Origin: Squalus acanthias
Taxonomy: Eukaryota
NCBI GenBank assembly: GCA_030390025.1
Contig: JASTWF010000336.1
Span: forward strand, 1 to 64,000
Direction of reading: 5' to 3'
DNA length: 64,000 bases
The notes under the pieces were generated by a model, which made no database searches, was not told the origin of the DNA, and saw nothing but the letters and a program-made list of their open reading frames with translations. How positions within the stretch are numbered: position 1 is the first letter of the stretch; each line of letters opens with the position of its first letter. Below, one piece after another: positions 15,001 to 30,000 of this stretch. The position numbers and the translations under genes were made by a program.

Positions 15001-18000
15001 TCAGGAGCAGGAACCCTGGCTGATTTCCCCTCTCTCTCTAACCCAGGGTCACTGGACAGTGATCAGGAGCAGGAACCCTGGCTGATTTCCCCTCTCTCTC
15101 TAACCCAGGGGTCACTGGACAGTGATCAGGAGCAGGAACCCTGGCTGATTTCCCCTCTCTCTCTAACCCAGGGTCACTGGACAGTGATCAGAGCAGGAAC
15201 CCTGGCTGATTTCCCCTCTCTCTCTAACCCAGGGGTCACTGGACAGTGATCAGGAGCAGGAACCCTGGCTGATTTCCCCTCTCTCTAACCCAGGGGTCAC
15301 TGGACAGTGATCAGGAGCAGGAACCCTGGCTGATTTCCCCCTCTCTCTCTAACCCAGGGGTCACTGGACAGTGATCAGGAGCAGGAACCCTGGCTGATTT
15401 CCCCTCTCTCTCTAACCCAGGGGTCACTGGACAGTGATCAGGAGCAGGAACCCTGGCTGATTTCCCCTCTCTCTCTAACCCAGGGGTCACTGGACAGTGA
15501 TCAGGAGCAGGAACCCTGGCTGATTTCCCCTCTCTCTCTAACCCAGGGGTCACTGGACAGTGATCAGGAGCAGGAACCCTGGCTGATTTCCCCTCTCTCT
15601 CTAACCCAGGGGTCACTGGACAGTGATCAGGAGCAGGAACCCTGGCTGATTTCCCCTCTCTCTAACCCAGGGGTCACTGGACAGTGATCAGGAGCAGGAA
15701 CCCTGGCTGATTTCCCCTCTCTCTCTAACCCAGGGGTCACTGGACAGTGATCAGGAGCAGGAACCCTGGCTGATTTCCCCTCTCTCTCTAACCCAGGGGT
15801 CACTGGACAGTGATCAGGAGCAGGAACCCTGGCTGATTTCCCCTCTCTCTCTAACCCAGGGGTCACTGGACAGTGATCAGGAGCAGGAACCCTGGCTGAT
15901 TTCCCCTCTCTCTCTAACCCAGGGGTCACTGGACAGTGATCAGGAGCAGGAACCCTGGCTGATTTCCCCTCTCTCTAACCCAGGGGTCACTGGACAGTGA
16001 TCAGGAGCAGGAACCCTGGCTGATTTCCCCTCTCTCTCTAACCCAGGGGTCACTGGACAGTGATCAGGAGCAGGAACCCTGGCTGATTTCCCCTCTCTCT
16101 AACCCAGGGGTCACTGGACAGTGATCAGGAGCAGGAACCCTGGCTGATTTCCCTCTCTCTCTAACCCAGGGTCACTGGACAGTGATCAGGAGCAGGAACC
16201 CTGGCTGATTTCCCCTCTCTCTCTAACCCAGGGGTCACTGGACAGTGATCAGGAGCAGGAACCCTGGCTGATTTCCCCCTCTCTCTAACCCAGGGGTCAC
16301 TGGACAGTGATCAGGAGCAGGAACCCTGGCTGATTTCCCTCTCTCTCTAACCCAGGGGTCACTGGACAGTGATCAGGAGCAGGAACCCTGGCTGATTTCC
16401 CCTCTCTCTCTAACCCAGGGGTCACTGGACAGTGATCAGGAGCAGGAACCCTGGCTGATTTCCCCTCTCTCTCTAACCCAGGGGTCACTGGACAGTGATC
16501 AGGAGCAGGAACCCTGGCTGATTTCCCCTCTCTCTCTAACCCAGGGGTCACTGGACAGTGATCAGGAGCAGGAACCCTGGCTGATTTCCCCTCTCTCTCT
16601 AACCCAGGGGTCACTGGACAGTGATCAGGAGCAGGAACCCTGGCTGATTTCCCCTCTCTCTAACCCAGGGGTCACTGGACAGTGATCAGGAGCAGGAACC
16701 CTGGCTGATTTCCCCCTCTCTCTCTAACCCAGGGGTCACTGGACAGTGATCAGGAGCAGGAACACTGGCTGATTTCCCCTCTCTCTCTAACCCAGGGGTC
16801 ACTGGACAGTGATCAGGAGCAGGAACCCTGGCTGATTTCCCCTCTCTCTCTAACCCAGGGGTCACTGGACAGTGATCAGGAGCAGGAACCCTGGCTGATT
16901 TCCCCTCTCTCTAACCCAGGGTCACTGGACAGTGATCAGGAGCAGGAACCCTGGCTGATTTCCCCTCTCTCTAACCCAGGGGTCACTGGACAGTGATCAG
17001 GAGCAGGACCCTGGCTGATTTCCTCCCTCTCTCTAACCCAGGGATCACTGGACAGTGATCAGGAGCAGGAACCCTGGCTGATTTCCCCCTCTCTAACCCA
17101 GGGATCACTGGACAGTGATCAGGAGCAGGAACCCTGGCTGATTTCCCCTCTCTCTCTAACCCAGGGGTCACTGGACAGTGATCAGGAGCAGGAACCCTGG
17201 CTGATTTCCCCTCTCTCTCTAACCCAGGGGTCACTGGACAGTGATCAGGAGCAGGAACCCTGGCTGATTTCCCCTCTCTCTCCAGCCCAGGGATCACTGG
17301 ACAGTGATCAGGAGCAGGAACCCTGGCTGATTTCCCCTCTCTCTCGAATCCAGGGGTCACTGGACAGTGATCAGGAGCAGGAACCCTGGCTGATTTCCCC
17401 TCTCTCTCTAACCCAGGGGTCACTGGACAGTGATCAGGAGCAGGAACCCTGGCTGATTTCCCCTCTCTCTAACCCAGGGGTCACTGGACAGTGATCAGGA
17501 GCAGGAACCCTGGCTGATTCCCCTCTCTCTCTAACCCAGGGGTCACTGGACAGTGATCAGGAGCAGGAACCCTGGCTGATTTCCCCCTCTCTCTCTAACC
17601 CAGGGGTCACTGGACAGTGATCAGGAGCAGGAACCCTGGCTGATTTCCCCTCTCTCTCTAACCCAGGGGTCACTGGACAGTGATCAGGAGCAGGAACCCT
17701 GGCTGATTTCCCCTCTCTCTCTAACCCAGGGGTCACTGGACAGTGATCAGGAGCAGGAACCCTGGCTGATTTCCCCTCTCTCTCTAACCCAGGGGTCACT
17801 GGACAGTGATCAGGAGCAGGAACCCTGGCTGATTTCCCCTCTCTCTAACCCAGGGGTCACTGGACAGTGATCAGAGCAGGAACCCTGGCTGATTTCCCCT
17901 CTCTCTCTAACCCAGGGGTCACTGGACAGTGATCAGGAGCAGGAACCCTGGCTGATTTCCTCCTCTCTCTAACCCAGGGATCACTGGACAGTGATCAGGA

Positions 18001-21000
18001 GCAGGAACCCTGGCTGATTTCCTCTCTCTCTAACCCAAGGATCACTGGACAGTGATCAGGAGCAGGAACCCTGGCTGATTTCCCCTCTCTCTCGAACCCA
18101 GGGGTCACTGGACAGTGATCAGGAGCAGGAACCCTGGCTGATTTCCCCTCTCTCTAACCCAGGGATCACTGGACAGTGATCAGGAGCAGGAACCCTGGCT
18201 GATTTCCCCTCTCTCTCTAACCCAGGGGTCACTGGACAGTGATCAGGAGCAGGAACCCTGGCTGATTTCCCCTCTCTCTCTAACCCAGGGGTCACTGGAC
18301 AGTGATCAGGAGCAGGAACCCTGGCTGATTTCCCCTCTCTCTCTAACCCAGGGGTCACTGGACAGTGATCAGGAGCAGGAACCCTGGCTGATTTCCCCTC
18401 TCTCTCTAACCCAGGGGTCACTGGACAGTGATCAGGAGCAGGAACCCTGGCTGATTTCCCTCTCTCTCTAACCCAGGGGTCACTGGACAGTGATCAGGAG
18501 CAGGAACCCTGGCTGATTTCCCCTCTCTCTCTACTCCAGGGGTCACTGGACAGTGATCAGGAGCAGGAACCCTGGCTGATTTCCCCTCTCTCTCTAACCC
18601 AGCGGTCACTGGACAGTGATCAGGAGCAGGAACACTGGCTGATTTCCCCTCTCTCTCTAACCCAGGGGTCACTGGACAGTGATCAGGAGCAGGAACCCTG
18701 GCTGATTTCCCCTCTCTCTCGAACCCAGGGGTCACTGGACAGTGATCAGAGCAGGAACCCTGGCTGATTTCCCCTCTCTCTCTAACCCAGGGGTCACTGG
18801 ACAGTGATCAGGAGCAGGAACCCTGGCTGATTTCCCCTCTCTCTAACCCAGGGGTCACTGGACAGTGATCAGGAGCAGGGACCCTGGCTGATTTCCTCCC
18901 TCTCTCTAACCCAGGGATCACTGGACAGTGATCAGGAGCAGGAACCCTGGCTGATTTCCCCTCTCTCTAACCGAGGGTCACTGGACAGTGATCAGGAGCA
19001 GGAACCCTGGCTGATTTCCCCTCTCTCTCGAACCCAGGGGTCACTGGACAGTGATCAGGAGCAGGAACCCTGGCTGATTTCCCCTCTCTCTCTAACCCAG
19101 GGGTCACTGGACAGTGATCAGGAGCAGGAACCCTGGCTGATTTCCCCTCTCTCTCAACCCAGGGATCACTGGACAGTGATCAGGAGCAGGAACCCTGGCT
19201 GATTTCCCCTCTCTCTCGAACCCAGGGGTCACTGGACAGTGATCAGGAGCAGGAACCCTGGCTGATTTCCCCTCTCTCTCTAACCCAGGGGTCACTGGAC
19301 AGTGATCAGGAGCAGGAACCCTGGCTGATTTCCCACTCTCTCTAACCCAGGGATCACTGGACAGTGATCAGGAGCAGGAACCCTGGCTGATTTCCCTCTC
19401 TCTCTCTAACCCAGGGGTCACTGGACAGTGATCAGGAGCAGGAACCCTGGCTGATTTCCCCCCTCTCTCTCTAACCCAGGGGTCACTGGACAGTGATCAG
19501 GAGCAGGAACCCTGGCTGATTTCCCCTCTCTCTAACCCAGGGGTCACTGGACAGTGATCAGGAGCAGGAACCCTGGCTGATTCCCTCTCTCTCTCTAACT
19601 CAGGGGTCACTGGTCAGTGATCAGGAGCAGGAACCCTGGCTGATTTCCCCCTCTCTCGCTAACCCAGGGGTCACTGGACAGTGATCAGGAGCAGGAACCT
19701 GGCTGATTTCCCCTCTCTCTAACCCAGGGGTCACTGGACAGTGATAAGAGCAGGAACCCTGGCTGATTTCCCCTCTCTCTCTAACCCAGGGGTCACTGGA
19801 CAGTGATCAGGAGCAGGAACCCTGGCTGATTTCCTCCCTCTCTCTAACCCAGGGATCACTGGACAGTGATCAGGAGCAGGAACCCTGGCTGATTTCATCT
19901 CTCTCTAACCCAAGGATCACTGGACAGTGATCAGGAGCAGGAACCCTGGCTGATTTCCCCTCTCTCTCTAACCCAGGGGTCACTGGACAGTGATCAGGAG
20001 CAGGAACCCTGGCTGATTTCCCCTCTCTCTAACCCAGGGATCACTGGACAGTGATCAGGAGCAGGAACCCTGGCTGATTTCCCCTCTCTCTCTAACCCAG
20101 GGGTCACTGGACAGTGATCAGGAGCAGGAACCCTGGCTGATTTCCCCTCTCTCTCTAACCCAGGGGTCACTGGACAGTGATCAGGAGCAGGAACCCTGGC
20201 TGATTTCCCCTCTCTCTCTAACCCAGGGGTCACTGGACAGTGATCAGGAGCAGGAACCCTGGCTGATTTCCCCTCTCTCTCTAACCCAGGGGTCACTGGA
20301 CAGTGATCAGGAGCAGGAACCCTGGCTGATTTCCCCTCTCTCTCTAACCCAGGGGTCACTGGACAGTGATCAGGAGCAGGAACACTGGCTGATTTCCCCT
20401 CTCTCTCTAACCCAGGGGTCACTGGACAGTGATCAGGAGCAGGAACCCTGGCTGATTTCCCCTCTCTCTCTAACCCAGGGGTCACTGGACAGTGATCAGG
20501 AGCAGGAACCCTGGCTGATTTCCCCTCTCTCTCTAACCCAGGGGTCACTGGACAGTGATCAGAGCAGGAACCCTGGCTGATTTCCCCTCTCTCTCTAACC
20601 CAGGGGTCACTGGACAGTGATCAGGAGCAGGAACCCTGGCTGATTTCCCCTCTCTCTAACCCAGGGGTCACTGGACAGTGATCAGGAGCAGGAACCCTGG
20701 CTGATTTCCCCTCTCTCTAACCCAGGGGTCACTGGACAGTGATCAGGAGCAGGAACCCTGGCTGATTTCCTCTCTCTCTAACCCAGGGATCACTGGACAG
20801 TGATCAGGAGCAGGAACCCTGGCTGATTTCCCCTCTCTCTAACCCAGGGGTCACTGGACAGTGATCAGGAGCAGGAACCCTGGCTGATTTCCCCCTCTCT
20901 CTAACCCAGGGGTCACTGGACAGTGATCAGGAGCAGGAACCCTGGCTGATTTCCCCTCTCTCTAACCCAGGGGTCACTGGACAGTGATCAGGGGCAGGAA

Positions 21001-24000
21001 CCCTGGCTGATTTCCCTCTCTCTCTAACCCAAGGGTCACTGGACAGTGATCAGGAGCAGGAACCCTGGCTGATTTCCCCTCTCTCTCTAACCCAGGGGTC
21101 ACTGGACAGTGATCAGGAGCAGGAACCCTGGCTGATTTCCCCTCTCTCTCTAACCCAGGGGTCACTGGACAGTGATCAGGAGCAGGAACCCTGGCTGATT
21201 TCCCCTCTCTCTCTAACCCAGGGGTCACTGGACAGTGATCAGGAGCAGGAACCCTGGCTGATTTCCCCTCTCTCTCTAACCCAGGGGTCACTGGACAGTG
21301 ATCAGGAGCAGGAACCCTGGCTGATTTCCCCTCTCTCTCTAACCCAGGGGTCACTGGACAGTGATCAGGAGCAGGAACCCTGGCTGATTTCCCCTCTCTC
21401 TCTAACCCAGGGGTCACTGGACAGTGATCAGGAGCAGGAACCCTGGCTGATTTCCCCTCTCTCTCTAACCCAGGGGTCACTGGACAGTGATCAGGAGCAG
21501 GAACCTGGCTGATTTCCCCTCTCTCTAACCCAGGGGTCACTGGACATTGATTAAAAGCAGGTACCCTGGCTGATTTCCCCTCTCTCTCTAACCCAGGGGT
21601 CACTGGACAGTGATCAGGAGCAGGAACCCTGGCTGATTTCCCCTCTCTCTCTAACCCAGGGATCACTGGACAGTGATCAGGAGCAGGAACCCTGGCTGAT
21701 TTCATCTCTCTCTAACCCAAGGATCACTGGACAGTGATCAGGAGCAGGAACCCTGGCTGATTTCCCCTCTCTCTCGAATCCAGGGGTCACTGGACAGTGA
21801 TCAGGAGCAGGAACCCTGGCTGATTTCCCCTCTCTCTAACACAGGGGTCAGTGGACAGTGATCAGGAGCAGGAACCCTGGCTGTTTACCCCTCTCTCTAA
21901 CCCAGGGGTCATTGGACAGTGATCAGGAGCAGGAACCCTGGCTGATTTCCCCTCTCTCTCTAACCCAGGGGTCAGTGGACAGTGATCAGGAGCAGGAACC
22001 CTGGCTGACTTTCCCTCTCTCTAACCCAGGGGTCACTGGACAGTGATCAGGAGCAGGAACCCTGGCTGATTTCCCCTCTCTCTCTAACCCAGGGTCACTG
22101 GACAGTGATCAGGAGCAGGAACCCTGGCTGATTTCCCCTCTCTCTCAAACCCAGGGGTCACTGGACAGTGATCAGGAGCAGGAACCCTGGCTGATTTCCC
22201 CTCTCTCTAACCCAGGGGTCACTGGACAGTGATCAGGAGCAGGAACCCTGGCTGATTTCCCCTCTCTCTCTAACCCAGGGGTCACTGGACAGTGATCAGG
22301 AGCAGGAACCCTGGCTGATTTCCCCTCTCTCTCTAACCCAGGGGTCACTGGACAGTGATCAGGAGCAGGAACCCTGGCTGATTTCCCCTCTCTCTAACCC
22401 AGGGGTCACTGGACAGTGATCAGGAGCAGGAACCCTGGCTGATTTCCCCTCTCTCTCTAACCCAGGGTCACTGGACAGTGATCAGGAGCAGGAACCCTGG
22501 CTGATTTCCCCTCTCTCTCTAACCCAGGGGTCACTGGACAGTGATCAGGAGCAGGAACCCTGGCTGATTTCCCCTCTCTCTCTAACCCAGGGGTCACTGG
22601 ACAGTGATCAGAGCAGGAACCCTGGCTGATTTCCCCTCTCTCTCTAACCCAGGGGTCACTGGACAGTGATCAGGAGCAGGAACCCTGGCTGATTTCCCCT
22701 CTCTCTAACCCAGGGGTCACTGGACAGTGATCAGGAGCAGGGACCCTGGCTGATTTCCTCCCTCTCTCTAACCCAGGGATCACTGGACAGTGATCAGGAG
22801 CAGGATCCCTGGCTGATTTCCCCTCTCTCTAACCCAGGAGTCACTGGACAGTGATCAGGAGCAGGATCCCTGGCTGATTTCCCCTCTCTCTAACCCAGGG
22901 GTCACTGGACAGTGATCAGGAGCAGGATCCCTGGCTGATTTCCTCTCTCTCTAACCCAGGGATCACTGGACAGTGATCAGGAGCAGGAACCCTGGCTGAT
23001 TTCCCCTCTCTCTAACCCAGGGTCACTGGACAGTGATCAGGAGCAGGAACCCTGGCTGATTTCCCCCTCTCTCTAACCCAGGGGTCACTGGACAGTGATC
23101 AGGAGCAGGAACCCTGGCTGATTTCCCCTCTCTCTAACCCAGGGGTCACTGGACAGTGATCAGGAGCAGGAACCCTGGCTGATTTCCCTCTCTCTCTAAC
23201 CCAGGGTCACTGGACAGTGATCAGGAGCAGGAACCCTGGCTGATTTCCCCTCTCTCTCTAACCCAGGGATCACTGGACAGTGATCAGGAGCAGGAACCCT
23301 GGCTGATTTCCCCTCTCTCTCTAACCCAGGGGTCACTGGACAGTGATCAGGAGCAGGAACCCTGGCTGATTTCCCCTCTCTCTCTAACCCAGGGGTCACT
23401 GGACAGTGATCAGGAGCAGGAACCCTGGCTGATTTCCCCTCTCTCTCTAACCCAGGGGTCACTGGACAGTGATCAGGAGCAGGAACCCTGGCTGATTTCC
23501 CCTCTCTCTCTAACCCAGGGGTCACTGGACAGTGATCAGGAGCAGGAACCCTGGCTGATTTCCCCTCTCTCTCTAACCCAGGGGTCACTGGACAGTGATC
23601 AGGAGCAGGAACCCTGGCTGATTTCCTCCTCTCTCTAACCCAGGGGTCACTGGACAGTGATCAGGAGCAGGAACCCTGGCTGATTTCCCCTCTCTCTAAC
23701 CCAGGGGTCACTGGACAGTGATCAGGAGCAGGAACCCTGGCTGATTTCCCCTCTCTCTCTAACCCAGGGGTCACTGGACAGTGATCAGGAGCAGGAACCC
23801 TGGCTGATTTCCCCTCTCTCTCTAACCCAGGGATCACTGGACAGTGATCAGGAGCAGGAACCCTGGCTGATTTCATCTCTCTCTAACCCAGGGATCACTG
23901 GACAGTGATCAGGAGCAGGAACCCTGGCTGATTTCCCCTCTCTCTCGAACCCAGGGGTCACTGGACAGTGATCAGGAGCAGGAACCCTGGCTGATTTCCC

Positions 24001-27000
24001 CTCTCTCTAACCCAGGGGTCAGTGGACAGTGATCAGGAGCAGGAACCCTGGCTGATTTCCCCTCTCTCTAACCCAGGGGTCACTGGACAGTGATCAGGAG
24101 CAGGAACCCTGGCTGATTTCCCCTCTCTCTCTCTAACCCAGGGGTCAGTGGACAGTGATCAGGAGCAGGAACCCTGGCTGACTTTCCCTCTCTCTAACCC
24201 AGGGGTCACTGGACAGTGATCAGGAGCAGGAACCCTGGCTGATTTCCCCTATCTCTACTAACCCAGGGGTCACTGGGCAGTGATCAGGAGCAGGAACCCT
24301 GGCTGATTTCCCCTCTCTCTCAAACCCAGGGGTCACTGGACAGTGATCAGGAGCAGGAACCCTGGCTGATTTCCCCTCTCTCTAACCCAGGGGTCACTGG
24401 ACAGTGATCAGGAGCAGGAACCCTGGCTGATTTCCCCTCTCTCTCTAACCCAGGGGTCAGTGGACAGTGATCAGGAGCAGGAACCCTGGCTGACTTTCCC
24501 TCTCTCTAACCCAGGGGTCACTGGACAGTGATCAGGAGCAGGAACCCTGGCTAATTTCCCCTATCTCTACTAACCCAAGGGTCACTGGGCAGTGATCAGG
24601 AGCAGGAACCCTGGCTGATTTCCCCTCTCTCTCAAACCCAGGGGTCACTGGACAGTGATCGGGAGCAGTAACCCTGGCTGATTTCCACCCTCTCTCTAAC
24701 CCAGGGGTCACTAGACAGTGATCAGGAGCAGGAACCCTGGCTGATTTCCCCCCTCTTTCTAACCTAGGGGTCACTGGAATGTGATTGGGGCAGGAACCCT
24801 GGCTGATTTCCTCTCTCTCTAACCCAGGGGTCACTGGACAGTGATCAGGAGCAGGAACCCTGGCTGATTTCCCCTCTCTCTAACCCAGGGCTCACTGGAC
24901 AGTGATCAGGAGCAGGAACCCTGGCTGATTTCCCCCTCTCTCTAACCCAGGGGTCACTGGGCAGTGATCAGGAGCAGGAACCCTGGCTGATTTCCCCTCT
25001 CTCTAACCCAGGGGTCACTGGACAGTGATCAGGGGCAGGAACCCTGGCTGATTTCCTCTCACTCTAACCCAGGGATCACTGGACAGTGATCAGGAGCAGG
25101 AACCCTGGCTGATTTCCCCCCTCTCTCTAACCCAGGGGTCACTGGACAGTGATCAGGAGCAGGAACCCTGGCTGATTTCCCCCCTCTCTAGCCCAGGGAT
25201 CACTGGACAGTGATCAGGAGCAGGAACCTGGCTGATTTCATCTCTCTCTAACCCAAGGATCGCTGGACAGTGATCAGGAGCAGGAACCCTGGCTGATTTC
25301 CCCTCTCTCTCGAACCCAGGGATCACTGGACAGTGATCAGGAGCAGGAACCCTGGCTGATTTCCCCTCTCTCTCTAACCCAGGGGTCACTGGACAGTGAT
25401 CAGGAGCAGGAACCCTGGCTGATTTCCCCTCTCTCTCTAATCCAGGGGTCACTGGACAGTGATCAGCAGCAGGAACACTGGCTGATTTCCCCCTCTCTCT
25501 CTAACCCAGGGGTCACTGGACAGTGATCAGGAGCAGGAACCCTGGCTGATTTCCCCCTCTCTCTCTAACCCAGGGGTCACTGGACAGTGATCAGGAGCAG
25601 GAACCCTGGCTGATTTCCCCTCTCTCTCTAATCCAGGGGTCACTGGACAGTGATCAGCAGCAGGAACACTGGCTGATTTCATCCTCTCTCTCTAACCCAG
25701 GGGTCACTGGACTGTGATCAGGAGCAGGAACCTTGGCTGATTTCCCCTCTCTCTAACCCAGGGGTCACTGGACATTGATTAAAAGCAGGTACCCTGGCTG
25801 ATTTCCCCTCTCTCTCTAACCCAGGGGTCACTGGACAGTGATCAGGAGCAGGAACCCTGGCTGATTTCCTCCCTCTCTCTAACCCAGGGATCACTGGACA
25901 GTGATCAGGAGCAGGAACCCTGGCTGATTTCATCTCTCTCTAACCCAAGGATCACTGGACAGTGATCAGGAGCAGGAACCCTGGCTGATTTCCCCTCTCT
26001 CTCGAATCCAGGGGTCACTGGACAGTGATCAGGAGCAGGAACCCTGGCTGATTTCCCCTCTCTCTAACCCAGGGATCACTGGACAGTGATCAGGAGCAGG
26101 AACCCTGGCTGATTTCCCTTCTCTCTCGAACCCAGGGGTCACTGGACAGTGATCAGCAGCAGGAACACTGGCTGATTTCCCCTTCTTTCTCTAACCCAGG
26201 GGTCACTGGACAGTGATCAGGAGCAGGAACCCTGGCTGATTTCCCCCTCTCTCTCTAACCCAGGGGTCACTGGACAGTGATCAGGAGCAGGAATCCTGGC
26301 TGATTTCCCCTCTCTCTCTAACCCAGGGGTCACTGGACAGTGATCAGGAGCAGGAACCCTGGCTGATTTCCCCTCTCTCTCTACTCCAGGGGTCACTGGA
26401 CAGTGATCAGGAGCAGGAACCCTGGCTGATTTCCCCTCTCTCTCTACTCCAGGGGTCACTGGACAGTGATCAGCAGCAGGAACACTGGCTGATTTCCCCC
26501 TCTCTCTCTAACCCAGCGGTCACTGGACAGTAATCAGGAGCAGGAACACTGGCTGATTTCCCCTTCTCTCTCTAACCCAGGGGTCACTGGACAGTGATCA
26601 GGAGCAGGAACCCTGGCTGATTTCCCCTCTCTCTCGAACCCAAGGGTCACTGGACATTGATTAAATGCAGGAACCCTGGCTGATTTCCCCTCTCTCTCTT
26701 ACCCAGGGGTCACTGGACAGTGATCAGGCGCAGGAACCCTGGCTGATTTCCCCTCTCTCTAACCCAGGGGTCACTGGACAGTGATCAGGAGCAGGAACCC
26801 TGGCTGATTTCCCCCTCTCTCTCTAACCCAGGGGTCACTGGACAGTGATCAGGAGCAGGAACCCTGGCTGATTTCCCCTCTCTCTCTAATCCAGGGGTCA
26901 CTGGACAGTGATCAGCAGCAGGAACACTGGCTGATTTCATCCTCTCTCTCTAACCCAGGGGTCACTGGACTGTGATCAGGAGCAGGAACCTTGGCTGATT

Positions 27001-30000
27001 TCCCCTCTCTCTCGAACCCAGGGATCACTGGACAGTGATCAGGAGCAGGAACCCTGGCTGATTTCCCCCTCTCTCTCTAACCCAGGGGTCACTGGACAGT
27101 GATCAGGAGCAGGAACCCTGGCTGATTTCCCCTCTCTCTCTAATCCAGGGGTCACTGGACAGTGATCAGCAGCAGGAACACTGGCTGATTTCCCCCTCTC
27201 TCTCTAAACCAGGGGTCACTGGACAGTGATCAGGAGCAGGAACCCTGGCTGATTTCCCCCTCTCTCTCTAACCCAGGGGTCACTGGACAGTGATCAGGAG
27301 CAGGAACCCTGGCTGATTTCCCCTCTCTCTCTAATCCAGGGGTCACTGGACAGTGATCAGCAGCAGGAACACTGGCTGATTTCATCCTCTCTCTCTAACC
27401 CAGGGGTCACTGGACTGTGATCAGGAGCAGGAACCTTGGCTGATTTCCCCTCTCTCTAACCCAGGGGTCACTGGACATTGATTAAAAGCAGGTACCCTGG
27501 CTGATTTCCCCTCTCTCTCTAACCCAGGGGTCACTGGACAGTGATCAGGAGCAGGAACCCTGGCTGATTTCCTCCCTCTCTCTAACCCAGGGATCACTGG
27601 ACAGTGATCAGGAGCAGGAACCCTGGCTGATTTCATCTCTCTCTAACCCAAGGATCACTGGACAGTGATCTGGAGCAGGAACCCTGGCTGATTTCCCCTC
27701 TCTCTCGAATCCAGGGGTCACTGGACAGTGATCAGGAGCAGGAACCCTGGCTGATTTCCCCTCTCTCTAACCCAGGGATCACTGGACAGTGATCAGGAGC
27801 AGGAACCCTGGCTGATTTCCCTTCTCTCTCGAACCAAGGGGTCACTGGACAGTGATCAGCAGCAGGAACACTGGCTGATTTCCCCTTCTCTCTCTAACCC
27901 AGGGGTCACTGGACAGTGATCAGGAGCAGGAACCCTGGCTGATTTCCCCCTCTCTCTCTAACCCAGGGGTCACTGGACAGTGATCAGGAGCAGGAATCCT
28001 GGCTGATTTCCCCTCTCTCTCTAACCCAGGGGTCACTGGACAGTGATCAGGAGCAGGAACCCTGGCTGATTTCCCCTCTCTCTCTACTCCAGGGGTCACT
28101 GGACAGTGATCAGCAGCAGGAACACTGGCTGATTTCCCCCTCTCTCTCTAACCCAGCGGTCACTGGACAGTAATCAGGAGCAGGAACACTGGCTGATTTC
28201 CCCTTCTCTCTCTAACCCAGGGGTCACTGGACAGTGATCAGGAGCAGGAACCCTGGCTGATTTCCCCTCTCTCTCGAACCCAGGGGTCACTGGACATTGA
28301 TTAAATGCAGGAACCCTGGCTGATTTCCCCTCTCTCTCTTACCCAGGGGTCACTGGACAGTGATCAGGCGCAGGAACCCTGGCTGATTTCCCCTCTCTCT
28401 AACCCAGGGGTCACTGGACAGTGATCAGGAGCAGGGACCCTGGCTGATTTCCTCCCTCTCTCTAACCCAGGGATCACTGGACAGTGATCAGGAGCAGGAT
28501 CCCTGGCTGAGTTCCCCCCTCTCTAACCGAGGGATCACTGGACAGTGATCAGGATCAGGAACCCTGGCTGATTTCCCCTCTCTCTCGAACCCAGGGGTCA
28601 CTGGACAGTGATCAGGAGCAGGAACACTGGCTGATTTCCACTTCTCTCTCTAACCCAGGGGTCACTGGACAGTGATCAGCAGCAGGAACACTGGTTGATT
28701 TCCCCTCTCTCTCCAGCCCAGGGATCACTGGACAGTGATCAGGAGCAGGAACCCTGGCTGATTTCCCCTCTCTCTCGAATCCAGGGGTCACTGGACAGTG
28801 ATTAGGAGCAGGAACCCTGGCAGATTTCCCCTCTCTCTCTAACCCAGGGGTCACTGGACAGTGATCAGGACCAGGAACCCTGGCTGATTTCCCACCTCTC
28901 TAACCCAGGGATCACTGGACAGTGATCAGGAGCAGGAACCCTGGCTGATTCCCTCTCTCTCTCTCTAACTCAGGGGTCACTGGTCAGTGATCAGGAGCAG
29001 GAACCCTGGCTGATTTCCCCCCTCTCTCTCTAACCCAGGGGTCACTGGACAGTGATCAGGAGCAGGAACCCTGGCTGATTTCCCCTCTCTCTAACCCAGG
29101 GGTCACTGGACAGTGATCAGGAGCAGGAACCCTGGCTGATTCCCTCTCTCTCTCTCTAACTCAGGGGTCACTGGTCAGTGATCAGGAGCAGGAACCCTGG
29201 CTGATTTCCCCCCTCTCTCGCTAACCCAGGGGTCACTGGACAGTGATCAGGAGCAGGAACCTTGGCTGATTTCCCCTCTCTCTAACCCAGGGGTCACTGG
29301 ACATTGATTAAAAGCAGGTACCCTGGCTGATTTCCCCTCTCTCTCTAACCCAGGGGTCACTGGACAGTGATCAGGAGCAGGAACCCTGGCTGATTTCCTC
29401 CCTCTCTCTAACCCAGGGATCACTGGACAGTGATCAGGAGCAGGAACCCTGGCTGATTTCATCTCTCTCTAACCCAAGGATCACTGGACAGTGATCTGGA
29501 GCAGGAACCCTGGCTGATTTCCCCTCTCTCTCGAATCCAGGGGTCACTGGACAGTGATCAGGAGCAGGAACCCTGGCTGATTTCCCCTCTCTCTAACCCA
29601 GGGATCACTGGACAGTGATCAGGAGCAGGAACCCTGGCTGATTTCCCTTCTCTCTCGAACCAAGGGGTCACTGGACAGTGATCAGCAGCAGGAACACTGG
29701 CTGATTTCCCCTTCTCTCTCTAACCCAGGGGTCACTGGACAGTGATCAGGAGCAGGAACCCTGGCTGATTTCCCCCTCTCTCTCTAACCCAGGGGTCACT
29801 GGACAGTGATCAGGAGCAGGAATCCTGGCTGATTTCCCCTCTCTCTCTAACACAGGGGTCACTGGACAGTGATCAGGAGCAGGAACCCTGGCTGATTTCC
29901 CCTCTCTCTCTACTCCAGGGGTCACTGGACAGTGATCAGGAGCAGGAACCCTGGCTGATTTCCCCTCTCTCTCTACTCCAGGGGTCACTGGACAGTGATC

